Shown: piece after piece, positions 1-14,143 of the stretch
Position numbering within the stretch: the first letter of the stretch is position 1
Layout: each line of letters begins with the position of its first letter
From: Macrostomum lignano
Lineage: Eukaryota
DNA length: 64,000 nucleotides
Assembly (NCBI GenBank): GCA_002269645.1
Contig: NIVC01001092.1
Span: 62,001 to 126,000, forward strand
Direction of reading: 5' to 3'
Position numbers and translations under genes: made by a program
Notes under the pieces: model-generated
The model's database searches: none
The model's input: only the letters and a program-made list of their open reading frames with translations
Told to the model about the DNA's origin: nothing

Positions 1-1387
1 GAGACTCTAGTGACTGTGGGGAGACTCTAGTGACTGTGGGGAGACTCTAGTGACTGTGGGGAGACTCTAGTAACTGTGGGGAGACTCTAGTGACTGTGGG
101 GAGACTCTAGTGACTGTGGGGAGACTCTAGTAACTGTGGGGAGACTCTAGTGACTGTGGGGAGACTCTAGTGACTGTGGGGAGACTCTAGTGACTGTGGG
201 GAGACTCTAGTAACTGTGGGGCAACTCTTAGTAACTGTGGGGAGACTCTAGTGACTCTGGGGCAACTCTTAGTGACTGTGGGGAGACTCTAGTGACTCTG
301 GGGCAACTCTTAGTGACTGTGGGGAGACTCTAGTGACTGTGGGGAGACTCTAGTGACTCTGGGGCAACTCTTAGTGACTGTGGGGAGACTCTAGTGACTG
401 TGGGGAGACTCTAGTGACTGTGGGGAGACTCTAGTGACTGGGGAGACTCTAGTGACTGTGGGGAGACTCTAGTAACTGTGGGGAGACTCTAGTGACTGTG
501 GGGAGACTCTAGTGACTGTGGGGAGACTCTAGTAACTGTGGGGAGACTCTAGTGACTGTGGGGAGACTCTAGTGACTGTGGGGAGACTCTAGTGACTGTG
601 GGGAGACTCTAGTAACTGTGGGGCAACTCTTAGTAACTGTGGGGAGACTCTAGTGACTCTGGGGCAACTCTTAGTGACTGTGGGGAGACTCTAGTGACTC
701 TGGGGCAACTCTTAGTGACTGTGGGGAGACTCTAGTGACTGTGGGGCAACTCTTAGTGACTGTGGGGAGACTCTAGTGACTCTGGGGCAACTCTTAGTGA
801 CTGTGGGGAGACTCTAGTGACTCTGGGGCAACTCTTAGTGACTGTGGGGAGACTCTAGTGACTGTGGGGAGACTCTAGTGACTGTGGGGAGACTCTAGTG
901 ACTCTGGGGCAACTCTTAGTGACTGTGGGGAGACTCTAGTGACTGTGGGGAGACTCTAGTAACTGTGGGGCAACTCTTAGTAACTGTGGGGAGACTCTAG
1001 TGACTGTGGGGAGACTCTAGTGACTGGGGAGACTCTAGTGACTGTGGGGAGACTCTAGTAACTGTGGGGAGACTCTAGTGACTGTGGGGAGACTCTAGTG
1101 ACTGTGGGGAGACTCTAGTGACTGTGGGGAGACTCTAGTGACTGTGGGGAGACTCTAGTGACTGTGGGGAGACTCTAGTGACTGTGGGGAGACTCTAGTA
1201 ACTGTGGGGCAACTCTTAGTAACTGTGGGGAGACTCTAGTGACTGTGGGGAGACATCTAGTCACCCTGGGGCTTCTCTAGTGACTCTGGGGAGACACTAG
1301 TGACCCTGGGGAGACTCTAGTGACTGTGGGGAGACATCTAGTCACCCTGGGGCTTCTCTAGTGACTTTGGGGAGACACTAGTGACTC
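1..1387. repeat. Minisatellite with 20-bp unit GAGACTCTAGTGACTGTGGG and 21-bp variant GCAACTCTTAGTAACTGTGGG; cut by window start
   Basis: 20/21-bp periodicity is directly visible and degenerates after about 1250. Confidence 0.97.
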
Positions 1388-2315
1388 TACGGCGCTTTTA
1401 TAATGACTATGGGCCATAGAGTCGTATCTGAGGCGTACTATAGTAGATGCAGAATCACCGAGTTGCGTCTAAAGCGCATCTGCGCCATTTTTTGAATTCG
1501 AAACGCATTTCGTTTTATAACAACTATCATGATCAGTCTACGTGACTCAACAGTCGCCTCTCCATCGGATTGCAGTCGGTTGAGTCGTTAAAAAGTCACA
1601 AGAGTCGCTCCAGAGCCGCTAGGGTCACTAGTGGGTGGTTTGCAATGACTCTTTAGCGATTCTTGTCACGGTAACTTTTCAAAACTTATCATTGGTAGCT
1701 TGCCATTTCCGATTTTTAAACTCAAATAAATAAGGATTCCCTGTTTCTAATCTGTTTACTACATTATATTAAGAGAATTATTAATTAACAGCAAAGAGAA
1801 GAGTAGGCAAATAATAATAGTTATAACGGACATACATATCAGAATGTTTGCATGTCTTTCGTGTTTTGTTTGTTCACCAAAAATATTAAGCAGCCAGCAG
1901 CAAGCAACAGAAGAAAACTGGGGGAAGGGCTCAGGGAATTTGGGTAGCGAGAGTTTTCATATCAGATTGAATAAAATAACAGGGGTCACTGGGCCCAGTG
2001 GCCTATTAGACAAATTGCTGGATAGTTAATGAATGCTGATAAAGGAAAACACAGTACACTGTGAACTTTGAATAAACCATTTAGGTATAGTTTGCCAGCG
2101 ACTTATTATAGTACTAAAAAAATCCTAAAGTTATACAGACCTAATACTCTATACTCTATAGGAGAAAACCCTGTTGCTAACCCATTGCATTATAAACACA
2201 TCCTGCTCAATTGAGTCGAAAAGTGCCCCACTGGTTAAATTATTTTTTAGTTTAGTCATAAAAGATATCATTTAAAGAGCAAAAACGATAAATCAGGCAA
2301 TCGGCAATCATCTCT

Positions 2316-4719
2316 TTAAGCATAATAGTTCAGGCTATTCTTCTTCTTAGCCTGAACCTCCAATATGGCGTCCATGTAGTCCTCGTGTGAGACCGTGGTA
2401 GCGCCGCGTCTCAGCGCCAGCATGCCGGCCTCAACGCAGACCGCCTTGCACTGGGCCCCGTTGAAGTCGTCTGTACACCTGGCCAGCTCGTCGAAATTCA
2501 CATCCGGCCGGACGTTCATCTTGCGCGAATGAATCTGCATAATACGGGCTCGGGCCTCCTCGTTTGGGGCGGGGAATTCGATTTTGCGATCGAGCCGACC
2601 CGAACGGAGCAGGGCGGGATCGAGGATGTCGACGCGATTAGTGGCGGCAATCACTTTGATCTCCATATTCGGCTGGAAGCCGTCCAGCTGGTTGAGCAGC
2701 TCCAGCATGGTGCGTTGAACCTCGCGATCGCCGGACTTCTCCGAGTCGAATCGTTTCGTACCGATGGCGTCCAGTTCGTCAATGAAGATGATGGCCGGCG
2801 CCTTCTCTTTGGCCAGGGAGAAGGCGTCACGGACCAGCTTGGAACCGTCACCGATGAACATCTGCACCAGCTGGGGACCGGCCAGCTTTAGAAATGTGCT
2901 TTTGGTCTGCGCTGCGCAGGCTCGGGCTAGCAGAGTCTTGCCTGGGGGTGGCGGGGTTCGAATACTGGTGATCTGGGATCTACAGATACTGATGGGTGAG
3001 CTGGGATCTACAGATACTGATGGGTGATCTGGGATCTATAGATACTGATGGGTGAGCTGGGATCTATAGATACTGATGGGTGAGCTGGGATCTACAGATA
3101 CTGATGGGTGAGCTGGGATCTATAGATACTGATGGGTGAGCTGGGATCTATAGATACTGATGGGTGAGCTGGGATCTACAGATACTGATGGGTGAGCTGG
3201 GATCTATAGATACTGATGGGTGAGCTGGGATCTGTAGATACTGATGGGTGAGCTGGGATCTACAGATACTGATGGGTGAGCTGGGATCTATAGATACTGA
3301 TGGGTGAGCTGGGATCTATAGATACTGATGGGTGAGCTGGGATCTACAGATACTGATGGGTGAGCTGGGATCTATAGATACTGATGGGTGAGCTGGGATC
3401 TGTAGATACTGATGGGTGAGCTGGGATCTACAGATACTGATGGGTGAGCTGGGATCTATAGATAATGATCGGTGAGCTGGGATCTGTAGATACTGATGGG
3501 TGAGCTGGGATCTATAGATACTGATGGGTGAGCTGGGATCTGTAGATACTGATGGGTGAGCTGGGATCTATAGATACTGATGGGTGATCTGGGATCTACA
3601 GATACTGATGGGTGATCTGGGATCTATAGATACTGATGGGTGAGCTGGGATCTATAGATACTGATGGGTGAGCTGGGATCTGTAGATACTGATGGGTGAG
3701 CTGGGATCTGTAGATACTGATGGGTGAGCTGGGATCTGTAGATACTGATGGGTGAGCTGGGATCTGTAGATACTGATGGGTGAGCTGGGATCTGTAGATA
3801 CTGATCGGTGAGCTGGGATCTGTAGATACTGATGGGTGAGCTGGGATCTGTAGATACTGATCGGTGAGCTGGGATCTGTAGATACTGATGGGTGAGCTGG
3901 GATCTACAGATACTGATGGGTGAGCTGGGATCTACAGATACTGATGGGTGAGCTGGGATCTGTAGATACTGATGGGTGATCTGGGATCTGTAGATACTGA
4001 TCGGTGAGCTGGGATCTGTAGATACTGATGGGTGAGCTGGGATCTGTAGATACTGATGGGTGAGCTGGGATCTGTAGATACTGATCGGTGAGCTGGGATC
4101 TGTAGATACTGATGGGTGAGCTGGAATCTGTAGATACTGATGGGTGAGCTGGGATCTATAGATACTGATGGGTGAGCTGGGATCTACAGATACTGATGGG
4201 TGAGCTGGTATCTGTTGAGACTAGCTGTGATGATTTGGAATCTGTAGGGATTAATGGAGATTATCGAGAATCTCATTCTAAATTAAAAAAACTATCTTAA
4301 AATGCAAAAAGCTACATTTACCAGTGCCAGGAGGTCCATAGAGCAAGACACCCTTCGGCGGCTGAATCCCAATCGACTTAAATCGCTCCTTGTGTGTCAT
4401 TGGCAACACAACAGCCTCGATTAGTTCCTAAAAAATAGTACAATTCGTATTGATGACAGCTGAAGGAACTAACAGTTGAACTGCCGTGACTTCCCGTTCA
4501 GTCTCTACAGTTCGGTGCGCGCAAGGGTTCAAGACTCAAGTCATTGTCTAGTTCTGAGCCTGGCTATCAAGCTTTGCAGCAGTTCCCATCTATAAAGCAT
4601 TAATTAGTTATGCCTACCAGTTTGCTTGCCTGTCTTAGCATTTAGTGTCTGTGTCCGTCTGCGCATCTGTCTGTGTGTCTGTGTCTGTCTGTCTGTATCT
4701 GCCTGCCTGCCTGACTGTC

Positions 4720-4767
<48 letters not shown>

Positions 4768-7700
4768 TGTGTGTCTGTCTGTATCTGCCTGCCTGTCTGC
4801 CTGCCTGTCTGTCTGTCTGTATCTGCCTGTCTGCCTGCCTGCCTGTCTGTCTGTCTGTATCTGCCTGCCTGCCTGCCTGCCTGTCTGTCTGTCTGTATCT
4901 GCCTGCCTGCCTGCCTGCCTGTCTGTCTGTCTGTATCTGCCTGCCTGCCTGCCTGCCTGTCTGTCTGTATCTGCCTGCCTGCCTGCCTGCCTGTCTGTCT
5001 GTCTGTCTGTATCTGCCTGCCTGCCTGTCTGCCTGTTGAAATATACAGCTGCTTAAACAATAAAATACCTGAATTTGCTTATCTAGACCGCCGATATCGC
5101 TGTACTGCTCAGTTGGTCTCTCGTCCACCTCCATCGCCTTGACCCTAGAGTCGTACTCAGCCGGCAGCTTCTCCAAGATAAGGAATGAATCCTTGTTAAC
5201 GCCAACCAGATCGGCTGGTTTCAGTTCCTCCGGCGGCACTAGGCCGATAACGGGCAGGAAATAAGTCTGCCTAGTGCTAGTTTTAATCACGGCCGATTTG
5301 CCCTTGCGCTGCGAGTCCAAGTCAACATTGGCGCCGTCGGCCTCTTCGGCAGCGTCAATGTCCAGCAGTTCAATTACGTTGGACACTAAATAGGGCAGCT
5401 GTTTGTTTACTTTAATTTTTTCGGCATTCTCTTTGATCTTTTCCTTCTGAGCGCTGGTCTCGTGGCTAACCCTGGTCAACTCGGAGCGCATAATTCGTAT
5501 TTCATTGTCTAGTAGCCGAGTTCGACGAACTATTTCGTCATTCGACATGCGCAGCACCTCGTCGCCAAGGTTGTCCTGTCCAGGGATTAAATATGGGCAG
5601 TCATTTTTGGTTTTATATTGTCAAAGGTTTTCAGCTGCCTTTTTTGTGTCAGAATTGCAGTGCCATTTGGCATCCCAGGTCCAAACTCAGGACGGCGAAT
5701 GGAAAACCAGAATGCCTGTTGGCATCAGTCAAAATAATCAAAATCAAATGAAATATCTAGCACCTACCCTATCATTTACACTCCTTTAGTTTGCAGACTT
5801 CTTGTTTACAGATTACTCAAATTTGATAATTGATAAAATTCTTAAAATCCTTATGATTATACAATCATTACTACATGTATTAATTCTTTGAAATTAAAAT
5901 CATAATTTTTGGCAATAGAAAACCTAGATTATAGCCCTATTGAAGTAAATTGAAAAAAGGCATAGATGCCTATTAAGTCTGCAAGTGAACAGGCAAACTT
6001 TTTGATCTAAGGTGTGCAGCTGTATAGGATCACTATCCATAAGATTACTGGTTCAATGGACAAATTACAAATAAATTTTTTATCACCAACTGCTTGTGTG
6101 TTAACCAGCCTCAGCATGGTTTACTAAATATACTAAACTAAAATACACTAAAGCATACTTTTTAAAGTAACTTTTAAACCTATTTTTTACAATATAGTAT
6201 AAGCAAGTTTTTATTAACATTTTTTGCAAAGATGTAGCAAGCCTTTAATATAGGTTGCCATTTTTTGTTTTTTTTTCATTTCTCCTCCTAATGATCAGTG
6301 ACAGTCTTCTTGGCATATTTTTATGTGAAATATGTCTATTGGCATACATTGACATATAGGACCTAGGGAAGCAAATTTCATTCTAGTGTATACTATAATA
6401 CAATCCTAACACTAGTGTGTTAAAGTTAAACATTTGCTTGCAACCATGTGTTTCCTATTCTTAAACAAATCATATAGACAGGAAAATGAAATTTTTGAAC
6501 CAATTCAAATCAATTTGTATATTTGATAAAATCTATTTGAATATTGACTAATATTGAATATGGGTATTTTAGTCAATAATATACCCACCTTACTACTTAT
6601 CAATCTGACCAATAGGCCTAAATCTTTCTTTTTATCCAATAAATGCCCCCAAGACCAAATGGCCAACCTTACTCTTCCATGTTTTGAGAATTAGTGCCCC
6701 ATATACCTATGCTCCATAAACTTGGATCTTTATGCTCCACTTTTCCTAAAGCCTTAAAGCCTCATAAAGCCTCAACCTAAGTATAATATGCTTGCAACTG
6801 CTCAAGCACCCAGCTGCTTCTCTTTAAGATATGCCACCTATTATCCCATTTTAAATTTTCTTTCTCATTTATGAACCATAATCCTTAAACTGGACTTGTC
6901 AACTCAAGAATTTTTTTTCAAATATTTCTAAATATAAATGATCATTTAAACTTTTCTTTTCTTAGAATTAGCACATTAGCACAAAGATAAAGGGTTGCAA
7001 TCAAAAATGTCATTTAGCATGCTTGGCATGCATGAAAACAGTTGACTAAAAATGTTGGCATACTTGGTATGAATTCATAGCTTAGCTCATCTTTGATTCA
7101 GATATGCCTTTGCCACTTTCCTAAGCATAGGCTATTTGCCATGCATTTAGAAGAATTTCTTTAGTGCTAGCTTCATCTTATCAATGCTTTTGGCCACATT
7201 ATACACTAGATTGCCTATTATTACATTTGCCAAGTTTTGACAGGAATAGAGATATTCCAAAATTTTGATTTCAAAAAATTTTAGAAGTCTAAATTTTGAA
7301 AGTGTCTAGTTGTGAAATTTTTTATCTAATTTTAATATTCTTAGAATTTTGTTACTGTGTTGAATCAGTGATATTTTTATGCTTTTTAAAAAGTATTTAG
7401 ATTTGTTAAAACTGTTTTATAAATATAGCATATTTGCAGAACTGTAGTAAGTTTTTGTAAATTTTGCAGAACTTAACTGTAAATGCATTTGCTATTATAT
7501 TGTGTATTTTGTGCACATTATGTCAGTACAGATACATATACAGTTTATACAATTGTGCGTTATTGCTATTCAGTAATATAATGTACATGTACATTAACCT
7601 ACTAGCTTACATTGAGTGATATTACATGTATATATAAAATATACAAGAGAGACAGGCAAAGGTACTATGCATAAAGATAAGTATATGCAATGATAGTTAC

Positions 7701-10700
7701 ATTCTAATCTGCATGTAGTCTTTTTGCTTACATTATATTATATATAAACTGCATAATACATTTGTATACATTTTCCATAGCTTTTCTGCTTAAGTCTTGG
7801 CAGCATTGTTGGAATTATACTTTCAAATAGTTACCACTACTATATACCAGACTATACTATATTACACACATTCCTAGTAGCCAAGCCCCAAGGGGTAAAC
7901 CACAGAACTTACACAGAATGCTCAATCAGCAATTTAATGAAATTAAACTGTGTAGAAATAGATATGCGTACAAACTACTAATCCGGTGAAGAAACATAAG
8001 TAGCCATAGACTATTACTCAAGTGTATAGCACAAGATATATTCATTTAATAGAATTACTTGCAGCAGCATTGTCTTTTCACCAAGAATTTGGATGTTTGG
8101 TTTTGCTGCAGTGAAGTATGCCTTCTGCAAAATCGCGAAAACAGTGTGCTGCCTATGGCTGTCCAAATTATTCCTATCGTTGTCCACCAGAAACCAGGTT
8201 TCATAGCTTTCCTTCAAACCGTGCCCAGTAAGCTTAGTCGAATTGTGACTAATATTATTTGCATGAAAACTTGTGTACGATTTATGTTGAATTTTACGTT
8301 GTAGGTGTGAAGACTGGGCTCATCGCATCTTCTGTGCTGACCTTCTGGGGAAGAAGTATGAGCACAAATGGGCAGAGCTCGAATGGGATCCCGATCCCGA
8401 TCTCGAATTCTTGGGATCCCAAAGATTTTTCGGGAATTCGGGATCGGGATCCCCAAGGCTTAGAGAACTCGGGATTCGGGAGCACAATAGATTGATAATG
8501 AAGATGATGCTTTTAACAATCAAGAGCAGTAATCAATACTAAGCTAATTTTTGTAATAGCAACTATAAATATGTTGAAAGTCTGATCTTGAATTCACCAA
8601 ATAAAGCAGCAGATTTTTACTTAGTAACAGATTTGTAAAGAGTTGTACTTGTAAATAATGAACTAACAAGTATGAGGCTTTTCACAAAGCGATTTCAGAA
8701 CCAGAATTTTACAAGAAAAAAGCAGTATAACTAATGCAATTCAATATTACATTAACGCAGAACAGTTGCCTTTCGTGCAATTTTTAGCCACCTTGTAACT
8801 CTTACTTTCAGAAAAAGTCTACAATGGCTCTTGATTCCTTTTTATTTAGGCGCTCAAAAGTTAGCTATACTTTGCAAAAAGGGTCTGGAACAAGAATTGA
8901 CAATATGAAAAGCCCCTCATGGTTTTTTTGCTTTATGTGCCTTTAATTGTCACCCAATTGAAGCTAATTTTAGATATTTGGCTGAAGGCATATTATAACA
9001 ACTGAGCATTTTTTTACGTTTGTAGTTGTGGACTTGTTTCTTTTATTTTATCAATAAGCATATCACATTAATAATTTCAGACTAATTGTCCTAAGTTGAC
9101 TGCACTGTGAGTTGACTCTACTAACTTGGCGACATTGCATTAGTATCTATCATGCAATGCTTTCAACATTCTGGATTGCACATTTATGGCTAGTAAGTAT
9201 GTCAGTGGCATGATTTTTAATTTTATAGCAGCGGCATTGTCAATTTGTTTTCTATAGACTGAACTGATCCCCATTTGTTGAATACTTAAATATAAACGTT
9301 GTATTATACTATAAAAAGAAATGAAGCTGTAGCATTAACATTCAATGCCTATTGCGTATAGCCGAGAAAACGAATATAATTATTGCTGTTAAGTTGATTC
9401 TTCCAGTCTTGTTTATTTCTTTGCTAAAAATGAAAAGCACAGTATAAAACAAAAAACTGGGATTATTATTTCTCAATGGCAAAACAAAGGATTCTTTTGG
9501 GAGTGGCGCTATACAATACTAGGAGTCGGAGATTAGAGCACCAGCCTTATGATTTCGTTGAATATTGCATTACATTGATTACAATCATTGGATAGACAAA
9601 ACATACATGTACCTTTGTGCGTCCAAAAAGTTCTTAGGCACCCTTGATGCTCTTCAAAAATCGTATTGCTAATTTTGTAGGTTTTGTACGTAGGTAAATG
9701 ATCAATTGCTTTAGTTCTGTCAACGCGATTCAGCTAAAACTTTAGCACTAAATTCATTACATAATGGCCCATGTCTGTTTAGTTTTTCATCAAAATGAAA
9801 CTGCACTATCCCAATTTCATTGTATGTTTATTTCTTTGTTTGTTTATATATTTGATATATATTACACTGTGTCCCAATAAAACACTCCATAGTGAAAAGG
9901 TCTATTAAACTTAATGATATGCTATGAGCATAGTGTAATCAAGTTAAGTTACATAATTTCATTAATTAAGTTTATTGATTAAGTCAAGGTTAGTTAAGTT
10001 AATAGTTAAATAGTTAATTAAGTTAATTATAAGTTAAGTTAAATAATCATTAAGTTTAACAGACCTTTTTTCTGTGGAGTGTTTTTTGGGACATGGTGTA
10101 TATGAGAAAAGGATTCTGCCAATATAGTCTTTAATCAGTCTTTCTCTCTATCAATTAGCATTAAGCATAGACTATTTCTTATTCTCAATTTCCCACTCAT
10201 GTATTCATAATGATATATTATATTATTATAGCTTAATTTAGTAATAAGTTTGCATTTTGTAGTATTAATTAGTTTAATACTGCAAAGGATTAAATTCACT
10301 TTAGTTTAAAGCAGTATTAAATTATATATGGTAATATAATTGGTAAATTGGTCTTCGAAAAAATTGTTGGCACTGGAATATTTTTGAGCTATAGCTATAT
10401 TATAATTGAATAATTTGGTGATTTTTTTGTAAATTTGTAATCAAATCAAATGATTGTCATTGTCAAATGAAGTTAGTAAAGTAATTTTATTATTTATATG
10501 CTCATATGATTTATGAACTATATAGAAATTTATACATATTTAATAAGGTTATTAACTTATTATCTATTAATCTATATGACAATGTCACTATGCTACTGAA
10601 TATAATATCTACAAATATTATACAAAACAAGTAATATTGTATATTTGTATATAAATACTTGAAATATAAATGTTAACTAACTAATATATATTTATAGTTT

Positions 10701-13475
10701 CTTGTGAATTTTTTTTATTTGTGTTTATTTCTTATATAGCTATTAGTATTGACTATTTAGGGCATTAGGCTAGAGCTATTAGATCAACCATCAAGGCTGA
10801 ATAGCATAGATAGTCAGATAAAACTATCCTTGAATCCTTGATTTGATTCATTAGTAAGTAATATATTCCCAGATCCCGGATTCCCGGATACTAATCACAA
10901 ATCCCGATCCCGAAATTATTTTCAATCCCCATCCCGCCCGATCCCAAAAATTCTGCTCCCGTTCGAGCTCTACAAATGGGCGACTGCAGTGGTGTGCAGT
11001 CAGCACTTCGCTGATCACATGTATATGTGCCTGAAAGACCGTCATGAGCCGCACAGTCGACTTGTCTGGAATGAAATTGTGCTGGAGATGACTATGCTCT
11101 TCTCAACTGTGTGGCGCAACTAGCAGGAAACTGCGAACAGCACCAGAATGTCGACAGTCAAACTTCGTTATGCAAAGTCACCTCAGATTCTAATTTTTCT
11201 GAGTTGCTTGAGTCAGATGGAAATGGAATCGAAGATGAGAAGCTTTCTTATGTTGCAGGCTGGTTGCTACGCAGACATCTGACTTGCTGTTTGAATGCTC
11301 CATGCGGCGAATGCACGTCAGAATTGCAGACTGCTGATAATTCCTGCAGACTCTTCATCAATTTGAAGAGCATCGCAGAGTCCAGTCTGACTTATCCAAG
11401 TGACAAATTGGTATCTGCCGTCAGGATCATGGAGCAAATCTTTCTTGGCAGTGACAAATCCTATTTCCAACAGAAAGGCATTGGCAAAGACCTTCAGCGA
11501 AAATTTGCTGCAGCGATTCAGCCTGCTCTCAATCTGCACATTGAGTCCCATTCGGTAAGTTGTGCAATCAGCTTTGCAGCGCTGTATTGCCGCCTACGGC
11601 TGCACCATTAGTGCAGCAATCAACGACGGGAAACTCAAAGGCAAAGGAAGAGGAAGCAAGTGTTCGGCGCAGACGCAGTGAGCAAGAAATTTTTGCAAAA
11701 GAACGTTGGCAACTAATTGCAGTGCTTTAATGACACTTTTCTGTTTTTTATCCAACTTTTTGAGTTGCATCACTTCAAAACTTTTTGTGCTCCAGTTTAA
11801 CTGGTTTCTGCGTTTCACGTTTTGATTGCTGCATGGTTTCTGGTTACTGACTTAATAAATCAGGCGATCTTATGCTACACACTTGAGTATTAGTCTATGG
11901 CTACTTATGTTTCTTCACTGGATTAGTAGTTTGTACGCATATCTATTTCTACGCAGTTTAATTTCATTAAATCGCTGATTGAGCATTCTGTGTAAGTTCT
12001 GTGGGGTAAACTATAGATTTTATAGTTTTTTCAGTGAAAAAGTATTTGAATTCAAAAGAGCAATGAGAACTCTACATATCTAGTGACTAATTTATCCCAT
12101 ATGCATTTAGGCCTATATTTTATTTTGCATTAGAAGTAAATAAAAAATAAAAAATGAGTGTTGCTCATGCTAAATTTGTTTTTCTAAATTTTGATTTAGG
12201 AAAATTTCAATTTTATTTTCAATTTTGATTTTAGAAAGTAGTGAATTTTGATTTCAATTTCAATTTTGAAAAAAATACGCTTTTAGAATACCTCTAGATG
12301 CAAATATCTTGATATTCATTGTATCATTGTTTCTAATTACTTGTTTCATTGTTTACCAGGTTTGTGTACTAATCTGAAATTAAAAACTTTGAAATTTCAA
12401 ATTGTTAACAACTGTTATAAATTTCTGGAGATAGAAAAAAATTGTTATTTTATTGTTTTAATAGATTGGGGTATGTCCAAAAATGCTAAAATCAGCTTTT
12501 TAAGTGAAGAAAATATAAAAAAAACATTGAAAAAATACTTTCACAAACAATTTAGAAAGAATACCAAAAAGCAAAACTTTAAGCCTAGTTAGGCCTAGTT
12601 ATATTGGTTTCAATTTCAACCTACTTCGGCAAAAGAATTTTTGGCGAAAGTCAATAATGGCGAAAAATATTTTTGCAATGACCATTTCATTGAAAGCTAA
12701 ACATTTCGGCAAAAAAATTATTCCAAGCTTCGCTGAAAAGTTTTTTGTTTTAGAAGAAAGTTAAAAAGAAAAACGACGAACTTTATAAAGACTAATTTTA
12801 TCGTGACAGGTTTTGTTTTGTCGCAGTTTAATTGAGTTGTTTCATTAGATGCCCATCCATTACGGCGGAATTTCAAAGTACAATTTTAGGAGCCTGGATA
12901 ATCTGAAACACCACCGTCATCATCCCTAATCTATCAACTGCATATCGCGTGCATGTACATAACATTGCTATGAGCTAAGTCATTAGTTTTAAAATTTTCT
13001 AACTGTAAATAATTTGCAGCAATGAAAATTTATTAAAAGCTTCAATCACCAAAGTGGTATATTTGCAATATATATGTAGCCCATCTTTTCGCCGAACTGG
13101 TCACTTTCTTTCACCGAAATGTACATCAATTGAAACTTAAAATTCACTTTCGCCGAAGCGTCCTTCGCCAAAAATTCCTTCACCAAAATGGGCTGCACCT
13201 GTTATATTAATATAATAGGCCTAATACAATTGAATTAATTCCATCCAAGCCTTGACATCTTAGAAATCCCCCCAAGCCTTGACATTTCAGCAATTCTCTC
13301 AGCAAGCCTTCACATTGCAGGATTTTCCCCAGAAAGATGCCAGTTAGTTGAGTCTACTCCAGACTAGTAGGCTAGCCAAGCATGATGATGCATCAAACAA
13401 ACATAATTATTCCAGAAAGTTTACCTCAGCATTTTGTTCATTCCAAATAGCAGTGCTAGGTTTTGTAGCCGTCAT
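2316..13475 (-). CDS. PSMC3: 26S proteasome regulatory AAA-ATPase subunit 6A (Rpt5/TBP-1), 4 coding exons, about 429 aa
   Basis: Exons 13475-13425 ([17 protein letters not shown]), 5575-5069, 4427-4322 and 2941-2316, all with GT-AG introns and consistent phases. Walker A GPPGTGKT is split across intron 3, Walker B is IIFIDELD, and the SRH motif is [20 protein letters not shown]. The termini match Rpt5. Confidence 0.96.
2966..4215. repeat. 28-bp minisatellite (GGGTGAGCTGGGATCTRYAGATACTGAT) filling PSMC3 intron 3, about 44 copies
   Basis: Period of 28 is visible, for example CTGGGATCTA at 3001 and 3029. Confidence 0.97.
4640..5036. repeat. Compound microsatellite (CTGC/CTGT/TG)n in PSMC3 intron 2
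   Basis: Directly visible. It explains the spurious VCVC/QAGR ORFs. Confidence 0.95.
7901..12003 (+). mobile_element. P-superfamily THAP transposon, internally deleted and non-autonomous, with about 137-bp TIRs and an 8-bp TSD, in PSMC3 intron 1
   Basis: TIRs 7901-8037 and 11867-12003 (CACAGAACTTACACAGAATGCTC...). TSD GGGTAAAC at 7893-7900 and 12004-12011. THAP domain spans 8118-8227, 8305-8372 and 10981-11072. The transposase C-terminus is at 11075-11611 (YVAGWLLRR..CxxC..LTYPS..CRLRLHH). Confidence 0.88.
8373..10972. mobile_element. hAT-like non-autonomous element (2.6 kb) nested in the THAP exon of the P element
   Basis: 16-bp TIRs CAGAGCTCGAATGGGA and TAGAGCTCGAACGGGA. Perfect 8-bp TSD CAAATGGG at 8365-8372 and 10973-10980. 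Subterminal GATCCC/GGGATC repeats. No intact ORF. Confidence 0.85.
12606..13199. mobile_element. MITE, probably MULE/foldback-like (594 bp)
   Basis: GGT...ACC termini and inverted subterminal TT(C/T)GGCGAA repeats. The 9-bp TSD is AGTTATATT/TGTTATATT with 1 mismatch. Confidence 0.6.
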
Positions 13476-14143
13476 TTTGTTTGATAAAGATGTGTTTAGA
13501 ATATAGTTTATTATTCTTAGAACTAGAAGCTAGTTACTAGTTTCAGATCTATAGTATTAAAAGTCTTAGTAGTATACTATATCTATATCGCCTAACTAAT
13601 CAATCAAGCAATTTGAAAAAAAGAAAGACAGCAAAAATACACTCGGTTTTCAAAACAGGATAAATTAACAGGCTTTATTCAGTTCACTTCAATTCAACTC
13701 AAAAATTTGTGGAAAATGTGTGCATGTGAATTATAATTACGGATCAACGAACATTTAAACAGCGATTAAGCAAGATTAACAAATATTTCAGCTTTTCGCA
13801 AAACTTTTCAATCACGCCAAAACATTGATCAACATTCGAAAAAAATATTCAACTTTATTAATAAATAAATCCTAACGCCTGTCTTGAAGATAAAAATTAC
13901 ATATTTTTAAATTGAGTGAAAATTCAATAATGATCTCCGCGTAACTCGGGCGGCCGGCGCACGCGAGATGCTGCTGCAGTCAAGGTCAGGATAATCAGGC
14001 TCTCCACGTTTAAAAGTGTGTTAGAATGATTCTACTTTAGTTTAAATACGTATAGTGACGTTAGATAAAAAATTTTCTTGTGTTTAGAAAAAATATATAT
14101 TAGTAGACTTAAGCGCAGCAGCTAACATTAGTAACAAGGAGCC
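13476..14143. promoter_or_regulatory. Probable bidirectional promoter between PSMC3 and AP3M
   Basis: The two ATGs diverge 668 bp apart. There is a single CpG/GC patch at about 13936-13980 in AT-rich DNA. Confidence 0.6.

Noticed and set aside
1-1387. Repeat array resembling a CRISPR array
   Set aside because: There are no unique spacers, the context is eukaryotic, and there are no cas genes. The same applies to all other arrays.
1844-2029. 61-aa plus-strand ORF with AATAAA downstream
   Set aside because: No homology is recognised and the length is compatible with chance.
8740-8830. Minus-strand LKVRVTRW peptide reminiscent of a hAT transposase TRW motif
   Set aside because: It is too short and surrounded by stops, and no other hAT motif could be aligned.
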